DNA from: Alphaproteobacteria bacterium
Lineage (GTDB): Bacteria > Pseudomonadota > Alphaproteobacteria > Micavibrionales > Micavibrionaceae
Assembly: GCA_041583395.1 (NCBI GenBank)
Contig: JBFHFW010000001.1
Span: 1-32,816 of the forward strand
Direction: 5' to 3'
Length of the DNA stretch: 32,816 nt
Below are positions 27,699 to 32,816 of the stretch, one piece after another. Each line of letters begins with the position of its first letter. The stretch's first letter is position 1. The notes beneath the pieces are model-generated. The model made no database searches and was not told the origin of the DNA. It saw only the letters and a list, made by a program, of their open reading frames with translations. Both the position numbers and the translations under genes were made by a program.

Positions 27699-28829
27699 CT
27701 ACCCTTGAAGATTTTCTTCCTTAACAGGATCATATTGTTTCAAAGCGACTTTCAGGGTTTTCCCGATGACATCTTCATAGCACTCGGAAGGAAGGCCGCC
27801 GGCATATTCTTGCGGGCGCATTGCATAAAGCATATCAGGCGTTACGGTTGTTCCTGCGGGAATATCCTGAGCAGCCATCAAGCTTTTGCGGAAAAATCCT
27901 CGAAAAACAGTTTCTTTGTCGCCAAGTGTTTTTGTTTTATCGCCCAAGCCGCGTTTGACAATATCGCGGGATAGCCAGTCTTCACGTAAGTTCTGGTCTG
28001 CTTCCATGTCACGGATATTGGTAACCAGAGTTTTGAACTCTTCAGGCGTCATTGAAACCTTGTGATCAGCGCCCCACAAATCACGCGATAGGGAGAAGTG
28101 CTTTTCTACAATTTCTGCGCCTAAAGCGACAGCTGCGACTGCGGATTCATAGCCCAATGAGTGGTCAGAGAAGCCCACTGTTACGTTCGGGAATTTCTCT
28201 TTGAAATACGCAATGGTTGAAAGGTTTAGTTCCTCGGGGGGGCAGGGATATTGTGATACGCAGTGTAAAAGCGCCACTTCGACATTGCGTGCTTGTAAGA
28301 AGGCCATGGTTTTTTCAACTTCTTCCATGGTGGACATGCCCGATGAAATAATCAGAGGCTTTTTTGTCTGCGCAATATAGTCCAGTGTGACAAAATCCAG
28401 AATATCGCCGGAACCAATTTTCCAAAACGGCACATCCAGCTTTTCAAGCATTTTAGCCGATCCACAGCTCATAGGCGTTGAAATAAAATCAACCCCAAGG
28501 CTATCTGTATAAGCCTTTAGCGGCACCCAAAACTCATCATAAGGTGTGGCATTTGTATTGCGGCTCACCCAGCTATAGCGATCCGAGCCCTTAAAATGCG
28601 GACTTGTTACATTGATATTGAGTTGTTCATCATCGACATGATGTGTCTGAAACTTGACACAATCCGCCCCTGCCTCGGCAGCCAGACGTACAAGCTCTTT
28701 TGCATTCTCCAGATATTCTGAAACAGGGCGGTCTTCTTCCGTTTGAATTTGGTTTTTACCGACTTCGGCAATGATATAGCATCGCGTATGGTCGTGTGTT
28801 GCTTCGCGCCAGTTCTTGAAATGAGCCAT
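27699..28829 (-). CDS. neuB: N-acetylneuraminate synthase family (NeuB/LegI/PseI-type nonulosonate synthase) with C-terminal SAF domain; divergent N-terminal motif
   Basis: Strong GAGGAG 5 nt upstream of the ATG. Motifs seen: IIAEVG, GADCVKFQT, ISSGMSTMEEV, LLHCVSQYPCPPEELNL and GFSDHSLG, plus a SAF-like C-terminus (IPAGTTVTPDML). Confidence 0.85.
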   Translation of the reverse strand: MAHFKNWREATHDHTRCYIIAEVGKNQIQTEEDRPVSEYLENAKELVRLAAEAGADCVKFQTHHVDDEQLNINVTSPHFKGSDRYSWVSRNTNATPYDEFWVPLKAYTDSLGVDFISTPMSCGSAKMLEKLDVPFWKIGSGDILDFVTLDYIAQTKKPLIISSGMSTMEEVEKTMAFLQARNVEVALLHCVSQYPCPPEELNLSTIAYFKEKFPNVTVGFSDHSLGYESAVAAVALGAEIVEKHFSLSRDLWGADHKVSMTPEEFKTLVTNIRDMEADQNLREDWLSRDIVKRGLGDKTKTLGDKETVFRGFFRKSLMAAQDIPAGTTVTPDMLYAMRPQEYAGGLPSECYEDVIGKTLKVALKQYDPVKEENLQG

Positions 28830-28990
28830 GGGTACTCCTCGTTGGGTCTGGCGGATAACCTAGCTGATTAAACTTTAAATTACTAGAGTTCAGATGATCC
28901 CTTCCAAATAAGAAAGATGGTTCTCTCTCATCCTACCTAAAATAAATCAGAACTTTTCGTATATAGCCTCTGGCATATATTTTCTGTCTG

Positions 28991-29947
28991 CTAAACTCCT
29001 GCCAGATCATCTGTTCCTGGATAATTATAAGCGCGTAAATCTAAATTGGTTTTTCGCATAAATTCCAGATTACTGTCTTTGAATATTTCATTTATTTGCG
29101 CGCATTGAGCCGCGCTCATTGATTGTTTTTTTCTTTTAAGTTTTGTACGGATTTTTTCTGCAAAGCGCCCCAAAGCAGGAGATATATCGCTTAATGCCTT
29201 ATTAGGTAGAATAAGGTTTTTTATCCTTTTTAAGATACGACCAAGGCCTTTTAGGCTTTGATTTTGTGGTGGTGCAGAGAATAAAAGCTCGGATGCTTTT
29301 TGGATGTTAATCCCAATGATATTGCTTATATCGCTGATAAATTGTTCAGGATTTTTTTTCAATTCCTCGTACATAATGACATGAATATTATCCGCTCCGA
29401 AAATTTTCTCATATATCGTGTATTGCCTGTTGTAATTTATAAACTCGAAGACATTACCATTAAAGCTCTTATCATATCGGCCGGATGAGCGTTTTTTTAA
29501 ATTTTTGAGATTGTATTCAAAGTAATTTTCAAAGGAAACAGGTTTTTTTGAATAGGGTTTAGGCGCAAACCAAAGCTTGCGGGCATTTTCGTATTGGGAC
29601 TCTATGAGTGTTTTTTGATTTCTAATGCTCATAATTATTTTCGCATCCGGAAAAAATTTTTTTAAACGCTGCGCGGCTAAACTAGGGTGCGATGATGCCG
29701 AGATGCTTTCCTCTGATAAAATGAGAACTTTGCCTTTTGCTTTTTTGTGGAGGTCTTCAATCTCTGCTCTTATCTTTTCTTCCTCCAGCTCATATTCATC
29801 GGAATGTGCTATTTTAGCCAATAATGTCCGTGCTTCAGGAATGGGATTTCCATGATAAAAAATATCAGAGTGCTTCATAAAAAGATTTTTTTGCAGGCTA
29901 GTCGTTGCTGTTTTAGGGTAGCCAATGTGAATAAAGCAGCTAATCAT
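28991..29947 (-). CDS. PAPS-dependent sulfotransferase family protein
   Basis: N-terminal 5'-PSB loop HIGYPKTATTSLQ. The 318-aa ORF is visibly more AT-rich than its neighbours. Confidence 0.65.
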   Translation of the reverse strand: MISCFIHIGYPKTATTSLQKNLFMKHSDIFYHGNPIPEARTLLAKIAHSDEYELEEEKIRAEIEDLHKKAKGKVLILSEESISASSHPSLAAQRLKKFFPDAKIIMSIRNQKTLIESQYENARKLWFAPKPYSKKPVSFENYFEYNLKNLKKRSSGRYDKSFNGNVFEFINYNRQYTIYEKIFGADNIHVIMYEELKKNPEQFISDISNIIGINIQKASELLFSAPPQNQSLKGLGRILKRIKNLILPNKALSDISPALGRFAEKIRTKLKRKKQSMSAAQCAQINEIFKDSNLEFMRKTNLDLRAYNYPGTDDLAGV

Positions 29948-30031
29948 ATCTTCCCTTGTCTAAAGTAAGAATGTTGTTGAAGGCGTTGGTGCGGGCGTGC
30001 TAATTGAATAGCCCCTATAAATCTAAACACC

Positions 30032-30166
30032 TCAATTTTTCCATTTGTGCTGTTTTTCAAAATCAATCGGTGACAGCAATCCGCTTTTACCATGCTTTCC
30101 TTTCGGATTGTAGACAAATTCGATGTAATTGAATATATCATCGCGCGCATCTTTGCGGGCACCCAC
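30032..30166 (-). pseudogene. IS3-family transposase (OrfB/rve) C-terminal remnant
   Basis: My own translation of the minus strand, in a frame not in the ORF track, gives GARKDARDDIFNYIEFVYNPKGKHGKSGLLSPIDFEKQHKWKN*. It ends at the stop at 30034-30032. This matches the conserved IS3 C-terminal signature (IFxYIExFYNxxRxHsxLGxxSPxxFE). The frame closes upstream at 30188-30190 and no DDE core is present. Confidence 0.7.
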
Positions 30167-30198
30167 ATCTACACTTAAGGAAAATGGTCAAGAGAGCA

Positions 30199-30467
30199 GC
30201 TAACCCTCCCCACCCTCCCCAAAATTTACAAACCCTCCCCACAAAAAAACCTTTTACAATCAATATACTAGGATAGTTGGGGAGGGTTAGGAGGGTTTTT
30301 GTAGTAATTCATATATATAAAAAAAAAATTTAGAGACGTTGTCTAAAAACAAAAGTTTAGGGAGAAACTATCCTAACCCTCCCCAAATCTCAAAAAATGC
30401 ACATTAACACATTGAAAAATATAATAAAATTATCAGGATAGTTTCGAGCGAGCTTCCCCAACTATCC
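30199..30467. repeat. Nest of short direct and inverted repeats built from AACCCTCCCC and GGATAGTT units around an AT-rich core
   Basis: AACCCTCCCC occurs at 30202-30211 and 30231-30240, with ACCCTCCCC at 30212-20. There is a perfect 15-bp inverted repeat: TTGGGGAGGGTTAGG (30277-30291) / CCTAACCCTCCCCAA (30372-30386). GGATAGTT occurs at 30271 and 30436, and AACTATCC at 30366 and 30460. A 13-bp inverted repeat links 30271-30283 and 30455-30467. The stretch atatatataaaaaaaaaa lies at 30311-30328. Confidence 0.7.
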
Positions 30468-30835
30468 TATGACACAATTCAGGAAGAATAACATAGAAAT
30501 GCGCCTCGATAATAATAAATGCCAGCGATCACTCGCCAATTTTCTTTTTTCTCAATATTTTCAGGTTCTTCCCGGCTTCCAAAGCATTTACGGGTTTGGG
30601 CAGCGCGGGAATTATCCAGTGTCAGGATTTGAAACGAGGTTGACACGTGGTTTACATTTTTATTACGCATTAAAACGCACGGTGACTAAAGGTTTTAGAG
30701 CACTTCCTCTGTTAGGGATTGCGCTAAATAAAAAAAACGTCAACCAGCAGGTTGACTCTTTAACAAATTATGATCGTGCATTCAAATCTGAAAAAATCCA
30801 ACCAGTTATTACAAGATTGAGCTATAAATTTTCCT

Positions 30836-30891
30836 TCTATAACTCAATTAAACATGTTATTTTGAGTTATAGAAAGGTGTTTTATAACTCA
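30836..30891 (+). promoter_or_regulatory. Candidate operator of the Fic gene: a perfect 12-bp inverted repeat plus a third half-site overlapping the start codon
   Basis: TCTATAACTCAA (30836-30847) and TTGAGTTATAGA (30862-30873) are exact reverse complements with a 14-nt spacer. TATAACTCA recurs at 30883-30891 and runs into ATG30891. Confidence 0.45.
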
Positions 30892-31994
30892 TGGCTTGGA
30901 ACTGGCAACATAAAGACTGGCCTAATTTCATCTATAACGCCGCGGAATTAGAGCCGTTTGAACAAAGTTTCATGCATAAGGCCGGCGTCATGCATGGCAG
31001 CATGAAGCATATTAGCGATGACGATAAAGAAATGCTCACCGTTAATCTGATCAGTGATGAGGCCTTAAAAACGTCCGAGATTGAAGGCGAGCTATTAAAC
31101 AGAGATTCCTTACAATCCTCTATCAGAAAGCATTTCGGATTAAAGACCGATAATAGGCGTGTATCACCGGCAGAGCAGGGAATCTCTGAAATGATGGTTG
31201 ATCTGTATAACACTGCGACCGATGAGCTAACCCACAAACAGCTCTTCAAATGGCATGAAATGCTCACCAATGGGCGCAGAGATCTCAAGAATATCGGCGC
31301 ATATAGATCACATGACGAGCCGATGCAGATCGTCTCGGGCGACGTTCTTGATCCTACGGTTCACTACGAAGCACCACCTTCGAAAGATGTACAAAAAGAA
31401 ATGGATCAATTTGTAAACTGGTTCAATGCAAAAGAACAAAACAGCAAGCAAGAACTCCGCGCACTCACAAGAGCAGGGATCGCGCATATTCAATTTGAAA
31501 GCATTCACCCGTTTGAAGATGGAAACGGGAGGATAGGACGCGCCATATCGGAAAAAGCCCTATCACAAAGCCTCGGGCGGCCGACACTCATCGCTATTGC
31601 CCAAACCATAGAGAAAAAGCGCAAAGCCTATTACGCGGCTCTACAATCGGGAAGCAGGGGGCTGGATGTTAATGAGTGGCTCCATTACTTCTGCGAGATG
31701 GTTTTGAGCGCTCAGGATCACACGCAAAGCATGATTGACTTTCTTATTGCAAAAGGCAAATTCTACAAGCGCTTTGAAAACAAATTCAATGACCGTCAGG
31801 CCAAAGCCATAGAACGTATGTTCAAAGAAGGCGTAGAGGGCTTCAAAGGCGGCCTAAGCGCCGAGAACTATATCAACCTTACAGGCGCCGCCAGAGCCAC
31901 AGCCACCAGAGATTTACAAAATCTGGTTGCGCAAGGTGCCCTCATTAAAACAGGTGAGCTGAAATACACACGCTATTATCTGAATATTCAGTGA
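30891..31994 (+). CDS. Fic-family protein (AMPylase/adenylyltransferase class) with DUF4172-type N-terminus and an intramolecular inhibitory motif (class II architecture)
   Basis: Active-site HPFEDGNGRIGR (codons 206-217). N-terminal MAWNWQHKDWPNF. TSEIEG at residues 61-66 fits the [S/T]xxxE[G/N] inhibitory helix. The C-terminal region is winged-helix-like. Confidence 0.85.
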   Translation: MAWNWQHKDWPNFIYNAAELEPFEQSFMHKAGVMHGSMKHISDDDKEMLTVNLISDEALKTSEIEGELLNRDSLQSSIRKHFGLKTDNRRVSPAEQGISEMMVDLYNTATDELTHKQLFKWHEMLTNGRRDLKNIGAYRSHDEPMQIVSGDVLDPTVHYEAPPSKDVQKEMDQFVNWFNAKEQNSKQELRALTRAGIAHIQFESIHPFEDGNGRIGRAISEKALSQSLGRPTLIAIAQTIEKKRKAYYAALQSGSRGLDVNEWLHYFCEMVLSAQDHTQSMIDFLIAKGKFYKRFENKFNDRQAKAIERMFKEGVEGFKGGLSAENYINLTGAARATATRDLQNLVAQGALIKTGELKYTRYYLNIQ

Positions 31995-32779
31995 GCACTC
32001 AATATTTTTTCGATCATTTGGCAATGCTCATCCGTCTTATAAGGCGGGTTGATCACGAACATACCGCTTCCTTGCAGACGGTGATCTTTTATCGCTTTAA
32101 AACTAACCTCGTGACATAGGGCATCCGGATTATTCTTTTTCAGTGCTTTGATCATGTCAATATGAAGGCCACTCGTAAGAATAGGGTACCAAAGTGCAAT
32201 AACGCCTACGGGCCATTTTTTATGCATTTGGGCAATAAATGTGACTATTTTTTGATATTCATCTTTGATTTCATAGCTTGGATCTATCATCAAGATGCCT
32301 CGACGTGGCATCGGGGGAATCAATGCACCGGCCATTTTGAGACCGTCTTCATGGCGTATATGTATGGATTTAGGGGAGTTTTCAAACACTTTGCGTAAAT
32401 GCATAATTTCTTGAGGATGAAGCTCTGCAATATGCGCTACATCTTGTGTTCTTAGAAAATGCGCAGCAAATAATGGAGAGCCCGGATAGGCATCTCGTCC
32501 ATATTGTTCTTGCAGAGCCTTTAATGCTTTGAAATAAGGCATTGTTGCCTCAGCAGATACTTTTCCGGTGTGTAAAAGCCTTTCTATTCCGGCACTGGCC
32601 TCACCTGTTTTTAATGCTTCTTTGCTTTTTAAATCATAAAGCGCGCGCCCGCCATGCGTTTCTATATAGCAAAGTGGCTTGTCCTTTTGGACAAGATAAG
32701 AAAGCATGTAACAAAGCATAGCGTGTTTATGGATATCCGCCAGATTGCCCGCATGATAGATATGTTGGTAAGAAAGCAT
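31988..32779 (-). CDS. rlmJ: 23S rRNA (adenine2030-N6)-methyltransferase RlmJ
   Basis: MLSYQHIYHAGNLADIHKH is near-identical in pattern to the RlmJ N-terminus. IDPSYE (DPPY-like N6-MTase motif) is present; 263 aa. Its 3' end overlaps the convergent Fic gene by 7 nt. Confidence 0.85.
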   Translation of the reverse strand: MLSYQHIYHAGNLADIHKHAMLCYMLSYLVQKDKPLCYIETHGGRALYDLKSKEALKTGEASAGIERLLHTGKVSAEATMPYFKALKALQEQYGRDAYPGSPLFAAHFLRTQDVAHIAELHPQEIMHLRKVFENSPKSIHIRHEDGLKMAGALIPPMPRRGILMIDPSYEIKDEYQKIVTFIAQMHKKWPVGVIALWYPILTSGLHIDMIKALKKNNPDALCHEVSFKAIKDHRLQGSGMFVINPPYKTDEHCQMIEKILSAH

Positions 32780-32816
32780 TACTTTTTGGTATTCTTTTAC
32801 TGATGTTGTCAGAGTA

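Noticed and set aside
557-28000. Many 60-160-aa ORFs nested in or antisense to the long CDSs (for example 1609-1944, 4094-4366, 9687-10103, 12818-13261, 21418-21906, 27564-27974)
   Set aside because: They are shadow ORFs inside genes with strong family motifs and have no independent signals. The antisense ORFs 11723-11995 and 15222-15416 resemble each other only because they mirror the two paralogous cytidylyltransferase genes.
28940-28975. Imperfect AT-rich palindrome (tatatagcctctggcatatat) between the sulfotransferase and neuB
   Set aside because: It has a bulged, AT-only outer stem and the T-run is on the wrong strand for the minus-strand genes. It is not a credible terminator, though it may be part of the neuB promoter region.
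29944-30168. 74-aa minus-strand ORF from the track
   Set aside because: It is in the wrong frame. The neighbouring frame carries the IS3 transposase C-terminal signature, so the track ORF is a by-product of the relic.
30469-30951. 160-aa plus-strand ORF upstream of and overlapping the Fic gene
   Set aside because: It has no RBS. It is rich in F/Y/N/K with low-complexity composition. It overlaps the well-supported Fic start by 61 nt and spans several palindromes (for example GTCAACC-agca-GGTTGAC near 30739-30756). It is treated as non-coding leader or promoter DNA.
30891-32779. Fic plus neighbours as a toxin-antitoxin or phage-defence system
   Set aside because: The inhibitory motif is intramolecular (class II) and there is no adjacent small antitoxin gene. 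The convergent neighbour is housekeeping rlmJ. No nuclease, helicase, ATPase or other defence hallmark occurs anywhere in the window.
1-32816. tRNA, rRNA, CRISPR arrays, integrase or an intact IS
   Set aside because: I saw no cloverleaf-like or rRNA-like segment, no regularly spaced repeat-spacer array and no integrase or DDE-domain ORF. The search was by eye only, so small RNAs could have been missed.

Overview
No rRNA, tRNA or CRISPR array was recognised by eye. About 29 kb of the window (1213-29947) is a surface-glycan biosynthesis island from a roughly 45% GC proteobacterium. It is organised in five or six tightly packed, alternating transcription units. The core is a nonulosonic-acid (sialic-acid-like) pathway: a hydrolysing UDP-sugar 2-epimerase (NeuC family), a NeuB-family synthase and two divergent CMP-sugar synthetase paralogues. 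A hexuronic-acid module sits alongside it: a UDP-glucuronate 4-epimerase-like protein, a TviB/WbpO-like dehydrogenase and an AsnB-like amidotransferase. The tailoring set is unusually dense. It includes four class-I methyltransferases (two with Zn-ribbons, one a full-length CmoA homologue), a 2-hydroxyacid dehydrogenase and a PhyH-like dioxygenase. It also includes an MBOAT plus DltD-like acyltransferase pair, an APH-type kinase and a low-GC sulfotransferase. Only two canonical GT4 glycosyltransferases are present. Four poorly characterised proteins may supply the missing transferase or polymerase functions: a KpsS/KpsC-type protein, two GT-B-like proteins and a predicted beta-propeller. Export appears to rely on a fused PglK/MsbA-type ABC protein coupled to neuB. 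No Wzx, Wzy, KpsMT or priming phosphoglycosyltransferase is in the window. The left flank holds an HTH/coiled-coil gene preceded by direct repeats. The right flank holds an IS3 transposase C-terminal relic in a frame absent from the ORF track. Next to it is a C-rich/G-rich repeat nest with a canonical G-quadruplex motif, then a class-II Fic gene with a palindromic operator, then rlmJ. All functional calls rest on motif recognition by eye. No database search was run.
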